NCBI GenBank assembly: GCA_044376115.1
Contig: JBILLK010000030.1
Coordinates: forward strand, 64,001-128,000
Reading direction: 5' to 3'
From: Polyangiaceae bacterium
Lineage (GTDB): Bacteria; Myxococcota_A; Polyangia; Polyangiales; Polyangiaceae
DNA: 64,000 bases
Positions 49,609 through 58,269 of the stretch are shown piece after piece. The position numbers and the translations under genes were made by a program. The number at the start of each line of letters is the position of its first letter. Position 1 is the first letter of the stretch. Below the pieces are notes generated by a model. It ran no database searches and had not been told where the DNA came from. It saw only the letters and a program-made list of their open reading frames with translations.

Positions 49609-49709
49609 CAAAACACGACCTCCACACTCGCGCCGACGTCTTCGCGAAGATGAAGCAGCTCATTAAAGAGTTCGGCGGCGAGTGGACGCCGGAAGAGACG
49701 CGCTCCTGA
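49602..49709 (+). pseudogene. copy 2: orphan 3' end of the Tat lipoprotein gene
   Basis: GLAKHDLHTRADVFAKMKQLIKEFGGEWTPEETRS* versus GLAKNDLRVRADIFAKMKPLIKQFGGQWTPEETPS*; 70/81 nt identical in the distal part by hand count. Confidence 0.88.
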
Positions 49710-49762
49710 GTCAACTGCCAGCTTGCTGGACAGGGGTCGGAGTGAGCGTGAAAAGTATGCTA

Positions 49763-49786
49763 TCGCAGCTAGTAAGCTAGCTGCGA
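49763..49786. terminator. perfect hairpin, possible bidirectional terminator
   Basis: TCGCAGCTAG-taag-CTAGCTGCGA 10-bp stem; no clear U-tract. Confidence 0.5.
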
Positions 49787-49836
49787 AGCTGCATCCGATC
49801 CGTTCGAGACATCGTTAACGCTCGGACTTAGAGACG

Positions 49837-50493
49837 TCACAGCACAATCGCGGCAATGGTCTGGGTTATGGAAGATTCACCTAGCAGGGTCTGATAGCCC
49901 GCTTCGCCGTTGCGGACTTGTACTTGATAGGTGTGTGCCCCAGGGCCAGGGTTGTCGATGAACGTGAACGACGTTGGTATATTGTCCAAAGCGGAGTTGG
50001 CGCCTACCTGAAAGCCCCAGGTCGGGTGCCCAAGGTTCACTCCGTTTCGGGTTACCGTAACTGCTGCCCAGCGCTCATACGCTGCTGGTTTGACCCCCCC
50101 TTGGGGATTGAGGTTTAGGCTGACCGCAACCAGAACTGGTCCGTCGCTGGTGACGGTCGCGTCAAGCCCGGGGACGTCGGTATACTCAATGGAGGAGATT
50201 AAGAACTCCGCGCTCGTGGTTCCCGTGTCAAACGGCGCAATCGCAGACTCCAGCGCTGCAACGCGGCTCTCGAGGTCAGTAAAGTCGGAGGACTGCGCAA
50301 CGAGTCTTTGCTCGAGATCAGCAAAGTTTGTGTTCAGCTTGGCGGCGGTCAGCGTCTCGCCCGCTGTGAACGGGGGGACGTCGGCGAAGGCTACACTTGC
50401 AACCAGGGCCAAAGCCATCCCGAGGATGGCGCCGCCGAGCCGCCTCTCCCGCTGGCTTAGTTTGATGTCGATGACCGCGATTCTGAATTCCAT
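49837..50493 (-). CDS. secreted tail-fibre-like protein F2
   Basis: signal peptide (AFA cleavage), FTAGETLTAAKLNTNF, coiled coil with RVAALE, beta-rich head. Confidence 0.8.
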   Translation of the reverse strand: MEFRIAVIDIKLSQRERRLGGAILGMALALVASVAFADVPPFTAGETLTAAKLNTNFADLEQRLVAQSSDFTDLESRVAALESAIAPFDTGTTSAEFLISSIEYTDVPGLDATVTSDGPVLVAVSLNLNPQGGVKPAAYERWAAVTVTRNGVNLGHPTWGFQVGANSALDNIPTSFTFIDNPGPGAHTYQVQVRNGEAGYQTLLGESSITQTIAAIVL

Positions 50494-50506
50494 GTAGGCC
50501 TATCTT

Positions 50507-51190
50507 TCAGTTGCTTGTGGTTGGAGAGAACGTCGCGGTGAGCGAGACTCCGTTGCCGGCAAATGCGCCAGCGCCAGCGCCTGCCTGCCAGGAGCAAACG
50601 AGAAAGTACTCATGACTACCTGCGGCGTTTACGTCGTATACGGCTGCTGCTGAGACTGGCCAGTGAATCCCCTCGGCTCCGCCTGGCAAGCTGGGCACAC
50701 TTCGATGGATGTCGTAGCGCGATACCGCCGTCGGGCAGCTGCCCTGCGATTCAGAGATGCAGCACGCCATCTGGTCGGAGGTGCCGGCCACGTGATCCAA
50801 GAACCCGACCGAGCCGCCAACCGCGGACACAGCCATCTTTCCGGGGCCGGGGGTACTAACGACAATGCTGCCCACCGCAACGGGGTTGTTCTTGATCGCG
50901 AGAGAGGCCTGCGCGGTTATCGTCACGTTCTCAACGATCGCGGACCCCTCGAGTGCGGACAGCCGCGCATCGTTGTCGGCAGCGGTTAGATCGAGCGCCT
51001 CGATCCGCGCATTGAGGTCATCGAAGTTTGCATTGAGCTTTGCCGCGGTGAGCGTCTCACCCGCGACAAAAGCCTCCGGTGCGGCGTAGACCAGGCCGGC
51101 GCTCCCAGTTGCGAGGAGCACCGGCAGAATGAGCGTCAGCATCTTTTGTCGCGTTGATAGAGTTAACTCAAGGTCGATATGAATTCGCAT
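50507..51190 (-). CDS. secreted tail-fibre-like protein F1
   Basis: GGAG RBS, signal peptide (VYA), FVAGETLTAAKLNANF, RLSALE, distinct head. Confidence 0.8.
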   Translation of the reverse strand: MRIHIDLELTLSTRQKMLTLILPVLLATGSAGLVYAAPEAFVAGETLTAAKLNANFDDLNARIEALDLTAADNDARLSALEGSAIVENVTITAQASLAIKNNPVAVGSIVVSTPGPGKMAVSAVGGSVGFLDHVAGTSDQMACCISESQGSCPTAVSRYDIHRSVPSLPGGAEGIHWPVSAAAVYDVNAAGSHEYFLVCSWQAGAGAGAFAGNGVSLTATFSPTTSN

Positions 51191-51274
51191 GTCTTCTCCG
51201 TTCTTTCGATTGAGAGATGTTGCTCGGTTGGTGGTGGCTATAAAGCAATGTAAATATAAAAGTGTATGTCACCA

Positions 51275-51544
51275 CTACTGGAGTTTGCAGTTGTCAATTT
51301 GTGAAGTGCCGAGCACACAGAACCCTGTTGGGCCAGCGCCAGAGCCGCCAGCGCCGCCAGCCCCGGAGGCTCCAGCTCCCGAGGCGCCGGCTCCGGTGGC
51401 CCCACTACCGCCGCCGCCGTTTGTTGTTGCAGAGGCTCCAGATCCACCCGCGCCGCCATCGGAGGCGCTCGTGACTGGATCTGGACAAGCTGCGAGCGAA
51501 AGAGCTGCGCCGACTAGAAAGATGTTCTTTGATGGTCGATACAT
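51275..51544 (-). CDS. small Gly/Ser-linker lipoprotein with a C-terminal two-Cys peptide
   Basis: AGGA RBS, LAAC lipobox, ~50-aa G/S/A linker, ends CVLGTSQIDNCKLQ. Confidence 0.8.
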   Translation of the reverse strand: MYRPSKNIFLVGAALSLAACPDPVTSASDGGAGGSGASATTNGGGGSGATGAGASGAGASGAGGAGGSGAGPTGFCVLGTSQIDNCKLQ

Positions 51545-51753
51545 GACGGTCCTTTCTGAGAAAAAGGCTATCTAAGCAGTTGTGAAGCTACCGCTGTGTC
51601 GTGAGACGGTTTGGTTGTCTTGAGCCAATTCAATGGCGCTAATGGTGAATAGTTAGTGGTAAATGGTATTAATGGGGTGTGCGCGACCAGCTAACGTACT
51701 GGCCACCTGCTAGAGGCCAATGCCAGGACCAATCGGTTGAGAACGCGCCGTTG

Positions 51754-52803
51754 TCAGAAGGCCCCGCGCAGCCACAACGAGGCAGGACCAACGTCGAGCA
51801 CGAGGCTCACTTCAGGCTGGTCCACTATCGCAGGAGTTTCCCCTTCGGGCGCTGCGACGATCATGATCAGACCAGCGACGGTGGCAGCGCCGCCGAGCCC
51901 CGTAAGCACCCAGCCAGCGATGGCGGCGTTCTGGGCAGCCAAGTTGGCGTCACTCAGGATGGTCCGATCTTTGTCGGTATTGTCAGGATCAAAGTACTCT
52001 TCTTCATACTGCTGAGCTTTGGCGGTGCGCTCGACGCCCACAGCGATCCCAACGCCAGCGAGCGCAAGCCCAACTGAGCCGATAACGATTCCGCCGATAC
52101 GCACGGGATGCATGCCCGAGGAGGTGTCACCGGAGGGCTCCAAACCAACCACCGGATCCACCGGTGGCTCGCTTGACGGGCCTGGTCCGCCAGGTGCGGG
52201 CGCAGCCTCGAACGCGAGCGTGAGCTGCGCCTTGCCGCCTTCCTCTGGCACCTTGACCGACTGCGTGAACGGCCTCTTTCCCGTCGCGTCAGCGACAATG
52301 GTGTATTGCCCACCGTCCACCGGAACCGCCACGTTGAAAAGCGAGGCCGTAACGACGAGTCCGCCCCGCATGACCGCAAGGTCAGGCAGGCTGGCGACAT
52401 CGGGTGGAACCACGATCGTCAGCGTCGAGAGCCTGGGCGCCAGCGCCGCGGCCTTCTCTGCCGCGTCCTTTGCGCGATCGGGTTGGTTGGCGAGTGACGC
52501 CATCGAGGCGATTTGTCCGTACGTGGTGTGAGCGCTCGCGAGCTTGCCCTGCCCAACATAACAATCTGCCAAGGTCATCCGCGCACCAATGCCATTGGGT
52601 TGCAGCTTGACGACTTCCTCGAACTTTGGGCACGCCGCGTTGAAGTCACGCTTGGTGATCAGCTCGCTTCCTTGCGCGTAGATCAATTCTGCGGCTGCAC
52701 GCTTCTCCGCTTCGGTAGCCTCTCCTCCCGCGTAGGCTGCTCGTGGGCCGAGTGCGAGCGCGACGCTGCAGAGGAGCATTTTGTTCATCTGTTCCGATCG
52801 CAT
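51754..52803 (-). CDS. TPR plus PEGA-like secreted protein
   Basis: ACPKFEEVVKLQP..IGARMTLADCY...GKLASA; VPVDGGQY; C-terminal hydrophobic pair, ends LRGAF; overlaps the kinase stop. Confidence 0.85.
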   Translation of the reverse strand: MRSEQMNKMLLCSVALALGPRAAYAGGEATEAEKRAAAELIYAQGSELITKRDFNAACPKFEEVVKLQPNGIGARMTLADCYVGQGKLASAHTTYGQIASMASLANQPDRAKDAAEKAAALAPRLSTLTIVVPPDVASLPDLAVMRGGLVVTASLFNVAVPVDGGQYTIVADATGKRPFTQSVKVPEEGGKAQLTLAFEAAPAPGGPGPSSEPPVDPVVGLEPSGDTSSGMHPVRIGGIVIGSVGLALAGVGIAVGVERTAKAQQYEEEYFDPDNTDKDRTILSDANLAAQNAAIAGWVLTGLGGAATVAGLIMIVAAPEGETPAIVDQPEVSLVLDVGPASLWLRGAF

Positions 52804-54419
52804 CAGTCGATCCCTGGGGGCTTGTATCCCGTTGTTGTTGGCCGCGCGGTGGTGACCGAGTTCTCGAGCGGTCTCTCAGTCGCGGCGGGCTTGCTGGTCT
52901 TGGCTGCAGGCGCAGAAGTAGACGGAGCCGTAGTTGGCGTCGGAGTGGGCTTTGTCGTGATCGCGGGTTCAACAGTTACGGTTGGTGCGCCGCTCGCGCT
53001 TGGCGCGACTGCCACGCTCGGTGAACCGGAAAGGGAGCCGGTGGTCTGCGTAGGTTCTGTGGTCCCGGCCGTGGGGCTCACTGAAACCTGATTGGCCGTG
53101 GTCGTTTGATCTGAGCCCGAGCCGGGCGAACGGGTAGAGAGCCAGAGCCCGCCAGGAATGATCAACCCCGCACAAGCCAATACGGCGTACAGCAAGCCGG
53201 ATGACTTGTTGCGAGGCGGGGGCGGGACCGGATCGCTCGCTACGCCGACGGTCGTTGTCGATGCCGTGGAGACACTCGGCACGCCGAGCGAGATGCGCGT
53301 ACCACTCTTCGCTGGCGCTTGCGGCTTGCCTGTATCAACGGGCAGCTGACCTTCCGGTAGAATCGTCGTTGGCATCGCGAGCCGCGGATTGGAGCCCCCG
53401 ACGTCAGGGCTCGATTGGTTTTTAAGCGGTGGCTGCGATGGGTACGGTGACGGCACCGGAGTGTTCCCCGGCATGAGCGGGGTGGGCGGCTGAAAGGTTG
53501 GCGGTGGGATCGGTGCCGTAACGGGCGCATCGTCGAACTTCGCGCTCGCAAGGAAGGCTCGGAGCGCCGCGGACAGTTCGTCCACGGTCGAATACCTCTT
53601 GTCCCGATCCTTCTCCAGGCAGCGCATGATGATCTCCTCGAGTTCATCGGGGAGATCGGCCCGCAGACTCTTCGGGCGGACTGCCGGCTGACTCATGACG
53701 TGCGCGCAGATCTGCGTGGTGTTCTCACCACTGAAGGGGGGAGCGGCCGTCAGCAGCTCGAAGAGCACTACGCCGAGTGCCCAAACATCCGTCCGTACAT
53801 CGACATCACGGGTCGAAAGCATTTGCTCAGGCGACATGTACTCGACCGAGCCCATGACCAGCGTCGTTCGCGTGACGCTTGGCTCCGACCCTCCAGGGCC
53901 CGAGAGCTTCGAGATTCCGAAGTCGAGCACCTTCACTCGCTCCTCGCCGCGCGCATCCGCGGTTACGAACAAGTTTGCGGGCTTGACGTCACGGTGAATC
54001 ACGCCCGCGGCGTGCGCAAGCGCGACCCCACTGCAGGCTTGAAGCACATACCCGATCGCCTGCTTCGTAGGCAGTGGCGTCTGGCTGCGGCGTACGTACG
54101 AGAGGTCTTGCCCGTCGAGGTACTCCATGACGAGGAACGGTGTGCCGTCTTCGAGCCGGTCGACGTCGAAGACACGCGCGACATGGTCTCCCTCGATGCG
54201 CGACGCAGCACGGCCCTCACGAACGAAGCGCTCCACGAGCTCCGTGTTGCTATGCAGCTCGGCGTGCAGGATCTTGATCGCCACGCGCCGCTCGAGGTCG
54301 AGGTGCATCGCCTCGACGACAACACCCATCCCGCCATGGCCCAGCACCTTTGCTACACGGTATTTGCCACGCAGTAGCATTCCAGGTGCAAAGGAGATAG
54401 CTGTGCTCGCCGAGCTCAT
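52803..54419 (-). CDS. Hanks-type Ser/Thr kinase with TM and Thr/Pro-rich tail
   Basis: LGHGGMG, VAIK, HRDVKPAN, DFG, YMSPEQ. Confidence 0.95.
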   Translation of the reverse strand: MSSASTAISFAPGMLLRGKYRVAKVLGHGGMGVVVEAMHLDLERRVAIKILHAELHSNTELVERFVREGRAASRIEGDHVARVFDVDRLEDGTPFLVMEYLDGQDLSYVRRSQTPLPTKQAIGYVLQACSGVALAHAAGVIHRDVKPANLFVTADARGEERVKVLDFGISKLSGPGGSEPSVTRTTLVMGSVEYMSPEQMLSTRDVDVRTDVWALGVVLFELLTAAPPFSGENTTQICAHVMSQPAVRPKSLRADLPDELEEIIMRCLEKDRDKRYSTVDELSAALRAFLASAKFDDAPVTAPIPPPTFQPPTPLMPGNTPVPSPYPSQPPLKNQSSPDVGGSNPRLAMPTTILPEGQLPVDTGKPQAPAKSGTRISLGVPSVSTASTTTVGVASDPVPPPPRNKSSGLLYAVLACAGLIIPGGLWLSTRSPGSGSDQTTTANQVSVSPTAGTTEPTQTTGSLSGSPSVAVAPSASGAPTVTVEPAITTKPTPTPTTAPSTSAPAAKTSKPAATERPLENSVTTARPTTTGYKPPGID

Positions 54420-54664
54420 AGATAGCGAAAATTCTCCACCGAACGGATGGGGCGACTATGCCCATTCATTCCGCATGGCCCGGTTGCATTGTGCGGCCAA
54501 GAGGTAGCAAAAGCTTCGAGTATGAATTGCATACTTGCGGCGGTTTGATGCGATTCCATAGTACAATTGCTTATTAGGGTGGGTGTTTGAAGGGCAATTC
54601 GTCTCCATCCAGTCGACCAGAGATTCCTGGTTTAGAATGTCCACGCTGATAGGGGCAGGTAAAC

Positions 54665-54823
54665 GCAAGCGCGCCGAATTGGCTATGAGTAGTTATTCAG
54701 TAGTCTCTTTGAATAAATGACTACGGGTTCGCCGCTACGAGCGCTTGGGTTCTGAAGAAATGACTATGGTGTTCCCTGGCGAGCCCGCTAACGTGCTGTG
54801 TTGCTTCGGTTTTGGAGGTGTGC
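54665..54823 (+). promoter_or_regulatory. leader of LuxR paralog A with two ATGACTA boxes, homologous to 58493..58660
   Basis: shared blocks GCAAGCGC, GGCTATGAG, AATAAATGACTA, AATGACTAT, TAACGT.CTGT.TTGCTTC, GGAGGTG. Confidence 0.65.
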
Positions 54824-55786
54824 TTGAAGATTGGGCGGACCACGTTGGAGGCGTGCCATGCTGGGCCCTCCAAGTTGAACGATTGGCTCAGACTGGTTAG
54901 GCCCCTGATCTCGAGGGACCTTGGGCACACGGTTGCGTTCGGCGTGGCGAGCCTCCAGTCACAAGACTTGCTAGATCTGGTTGATCCTGAAGGTATAACG
55001 GGTCGGACATTCGGGGACGGTCGAGCCACACGAGAGCAGCGTGGTGCATTCAATAGTTACTTTGAAAGGGTAGGGGCCTTGACGCGCATGAGCGCGCCAT
55101 CCGCCTTCCGACTCTTCTATCAACCCTTTCGGGTTACTACCGCCGACACACTTGTTGGGGCGAGGGTAAATGTGGCTCAGCTCGCGGGCGCGTTCCTAGC
55201 GCCTGGATTTGTCGACATCGGTTGCATTCGTGCCGACGGGCATGGATATTCGCTTACCGCCGTCGCTCCGCTGCGTGCGGCTCAGTCACTGCCGTTCAAA
55301 GATCGGGGGCTTCTCCGGCTACAGCGTCATCTCGCTGGGGCGTTTGCAAAACGAGTACGACCGGCGTGGGAGCGGTCGGCGGTGGTGCTCGACGCGTCGG
55401 GCGCAGTCGTGCATTGCGATGTAAAGAGAGCTCCACCGCAGCTGCATGAGCTGCGTTCGTTGGTCGCGCGGGAACTTGATCAGCGGCCGGAGCCGGATGA
55501 GCGGGCAGAGCTCGTGTGGGATGAACTGTGGCGGGGCGGCTGGACGGTAGCGCGGGTGGACGATGCGGACGGCCGCCGCTACCTCACGTTGCGCCGTGCG
55601 CGAGCCAATCAGCCAACGTTAACGACATCCGAGCGTGCTGTATTGGCGCTGGCTCGGGAAGGGCGCTCGATCAAGTGGATCGCGGCGGAGTTCGGTATCT
55701 CTAACGCTGGCGTAAGCATGCAACTGCAGTCCGGGCTACGCAAGCTCGGCCTCAAGCATCGCTTGGAGCTGGAGCGACTGCGATGA
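54824..55786 (+). CDS. LuxR-HTH regulator, long type (paralog A)
   Basis: TTG start after GGAGG, set by alignment with the ATG of paralog B; LTTSERAVLALAREGRSIKWIAAEFGIS...KLG. Confidence 0.88.
   Translation: MKIGRTTLEACHAGPSKLNDWLRLVRPLISRDLGHTVAFGVASLQSQDLLDLVDPEGITGRTFGDGRATREQRGAFNSYFERVGALTRMSAPSAFRLFYQPFRVTTADTLVGARVNVAQLAGAFLAPGFVDIGCIRADGHGYSLTAVAPLRAAQSLPFKDRGLLRLQRHLAGAFAKRVRPAWERSAVVLDASGAVVHCDVKRAPPQLHELRSLVARELDQRPEPDERAELVWDELWRGGWTVARVDDADGRRYLTLRRARANQPTLTTSERAVLALAREGRSIKWIAAEFGISNAGVSMQLQSGLRKLGLKHRLELERLR
55283..55786 (+). repeat. ~504-bp repeat: conserved 3' half of the LuxR paralogs (also 56274..56775 and 59123..59626)
   Basis: colinear copies of 504, 502 and 504 bp with long identical runs. 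Confidence 0.9.
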
Positions 55787-55811
55787 AGTTTGAGTTAGCG
55801 GAGGAGCGACG

Positions 55812-56775
55812 ATGAAGATAGGGCGGACCACGTTGGAGGCGGTACACGGGGGGCCAGCCGAACTCGAAGCCTGGTTGGCAACGCTGACGCCGCAGCTGAC
55901 GCAAGAGCTTGGTCATCCGGTAGTAACCGCCGTTGTCGACGCCACGGCTTTGGAGGTTCACAAACTAGAGGACCCTCAAGGGCTTATGCAATTCAAGCGG
56001 ATCGCAGCGCCGCTTAAGGTTCAGACGGCTCGTTGGGGGGTCCGGCGCGACTTCCTGGAGCAAGTCGCACGGCCTTACACTATGAGCGGCCCATCGATGT
56101 TTAGGCTCTTTTATTCACCATTCCGAATAAGTACGGCTGAGTCGCTTGTGGGTAAAAAGATAGATGTAGCCAAGCTGGTGCCGCAGTTTGCGCCTGGCTT
56201 TGTTGATCTCGGGTGTATGCGTGCAGATGCGGGAAAAGTATCGCTAACCTGCGTTGTTCCGCTCCAGACCGGCCAGTCGCTACCAATCAAAGACCGAGGG
56301 CTTCTCCGGCTGCAGCGGCATCTTGCAGGGGCGTTTGCAAAGCGGGTTCGGCCGGCATGGGAGCAATCGGCGGCGGTATTCGATGCGTCGGGCGGAGTCG
56401 TGCATAGCGATGTAAAGCGTGCGCTACCCCAGTTGCGTGAGCTGCGTTCGTTGGTCGCGCGGGAACTGGATCAGCGGCGGGAGCCGGACGAGCAGGCCGA
56501 GCTCGTGTGGGATGAACTGTGGAAGAGCGGCTGGACGGTCGCGCGTGGACGACGCGGACGGGCGCCGCTACCTGACGCTGCGCCGTTCGCGAGCTAATCA
56601 GCCAACGTTAACGACCTCCGAGCGTGCTGTATTGGCGCTGGCTCGGGAAGGGCGATCGATCAAGTGGATCGCCGCGGAGCTCGGTATCTCCAGCGCAGGC
56701 GCTAGCACGCAATTGCAGTCTGGTTTGCATAAGCTCGGCCTCGAGCATCGGCTCGAACTCCTGCGCCTGCGCTGA
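55812..56775 (+). CDS. LuxR-HTH regulator, long type (paralog B), 2-bp deletion at ~56540-56545
   Basis: GGAGGAG RBS; GCGCGTGG where paralog C has GCGCGCGTGG; the HTH continues in the 56419..56775 frame. Confidence 0.85.
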
Positions 56776-56873
56776 CGGTTGCCCGTAAGCTTCACGGTCA
56801 ATTGAGCGCCGTGACGATCGAACGCCTTGCGCGTGCGGTTGCGCTGGCGTGGGCACGAAGGGCTTGGGTACCC

Positions 56874-57578
56874 TCAACGTAACTTTAGCGCCGAAATGCG
56901 GTTGAGCGGCGCCAGCACGACACCGGAGTTGGGCGGCCCTATGGTCAAGGTCGAACTGCCATTTCGGAAGCCTTTGGCGCGCATGACCGTGGGCACCGCA
57001 ACCGTTACCACCGCGCTGGCCGAGGTCGGCGCCGCCAAACAGGTTTGCCCTGCGCCACAGAAGTTGCCGCCGTTGAGGGCAACGGAGGTTCCGACAGGGC
57101 CCTTAGAGTTAGCAACCTCGGCGGCGGCCGTCTGGTTCCACAAGCCGAGCTGAACTTGATCCGAATTGCCACTGGTGTACATCGTCGCGCCGCTCTCTAC
57201 CAGCCATGTTCCTGGCTGCAGAGTGAGCTCCATCGCGTCGTAAACGAGGTCGGTAGCGAAAGCGCCCGTCTGCGCGACGTTGCTTGTTGACACAAGGAAG
57301 GTCGGCGCAGCCTCCAGCGTAGCGATCGCCATCTCCGCGTCGGTCAAGCGGGTATCGAGCTCGGCTGCGTCTGTGGACTGCGCCGTCAACCGCTCATCCA
57401 AGTCCGCGAAGTTCGCGTTCAGCTTCGCCGCTGTGAGCGTCTCACCGGCTGCGAACGGGACCACTTCAGCGAGCGCAACACTGGTCACGAGGGCGCTAGC
57501 CAATGCCAATGCTACAGCCCCAACACGCTTCTCGCGCCGGGTAAGTTCAAGGTCGAGCACTACTATCTTGAGTTTCAT
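56874..57578 (-). CDS. secreted tail-fibre-like protein F3
   Basis: AGGAG RBS before ATG 57578, signal peptide (ALA), FAAGETLTAAKLNANF, coiled coil, LTLQPGTWLV...RISALKL beta head. Confidence 0.82.
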   Translation of the reverse strand: MKLKIVVLDLELTRREKRVGAVALALASALVTSVALAEVVPFAAGETLTAAKLNANFADLDERLTAQSTDAAELDTRLTDAEMAIATLEAAPTFLVSTSNVAQTGAFATDLVYDAMELTLQPGTWLVESGATMYTSGNSDQVQLGLWNQTAAAEVANSKGPVGTSVALNGGNFCGAGQTCLAAPTSASAVVTVAVPTVMRAKGFRNGSSTLTIGPPNSGVVLAPLNRISALKLR

Positions 57579-57586
57579 GAAATCTC

Positions 57587-57702
57587 CTATAGAAGAACGC
57601 AGTTGTCGAACTGAAACGGGTTGAGGACGCAAGGCACCCGGCTGAGCCCCGCCGGCATTGGCGCCTGCGCCGGAGGCGCTGCTTCCGCTGCGGCCGCCGC
57701 TT
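57587..57702 (-). pseudogene. relic of the small Gly-linker lipoprotein
   Basis: 57631-57587 encodes CVLNPFQFDNCVLL* (compare CVLGTSQIDNCKLQ*), preceded in another frame by SGGRSGSSASGAGANAGG; no signal peptide found. Confidence 0.7.
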
Positions 57703-57762
57703 CGTCTCGTCCGGCCTAAAAACCTCGTCTGCGGACGAAAGCGAGGCGCCAGGCCAGGCGAG

Positions 57763-58269
57763 TTACCCGCCGGGGATCATCTTGCAATTGCTCGTGGGCG
57801 ACCCTGTCGGTTTCGACACGCCTCCCTCTTCATTGACACTGCTATCGGAATAGTTGACTACCGCTGCGGCGCCGAGGTCTTTGGGGATAACGTACTCCGA
57901 CCCTCCCTTCACTGAAACCAACGCGCTCCCCGTAATCCAGGTGAAAAAGTGGTGCTCGCCGTTCGACCCCAACCAATGGTTGGTCGTGAGGGCGAGATCG
58001 CCATTGCGAAAGCGAGCGAGCAGAGCAGGTCTGCCCTGGTGGTCAACTAGCTTGTAGCTCGCACCGTCGCTACTACCATTCATTGCGGGGCAGTCAGGGA
58101 TCGTCCAGGTTGCCTTCGCCGCAGGCGAATAGTCCGAGGGTACCTCGGTCTGTCCATGCCAGGTAAATGCAGGTCCGCAGGCCGGACCTCCGAGCAGTAT
58201 CGTCGCGACCAAGGCGGTCCGACCCAGGACGGATGGGAAGAAAGGGGTATGGTGTTCACAGCTCTTCAT
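57763..58269 (-). CDS. hypothetical lipoprotein
   Basis: GGAG RBS, hydrophobic signal with GPAC, two further Cys. Confidence 0.65.
   Translation of the reverse strand: MKSCEHHTPFFPSVLGRTALVATILLGGPACGPAFTWHGQTEVPSDYSPAAKATWTIPDCPAMNGSSDGASYKLVDHQGRPALLARFRNGDLALTTNHWLGSNGEHHFFTWITGSALVSVKGGSEYVIPKDLGAAAVVNYSDSSVNEEGGVSKPTGSPTSNCKMIPGG

Noticed and set aside
48277..49709. Duplicated gene 3' end as a diversity-generating retroelement VR/TR pair
   Set aside because: Mismatches are not adenine-specific in either copy (T/C, C/G and C/T changes), and no reverse transcriptase is in the window.
49837..57578. Prophage or contractile injection system implied by the tail-fibre-like genes
   Set aside because: No terminase, capsid, sheath, baseplate or integrase; the proteins carry signal peptides.
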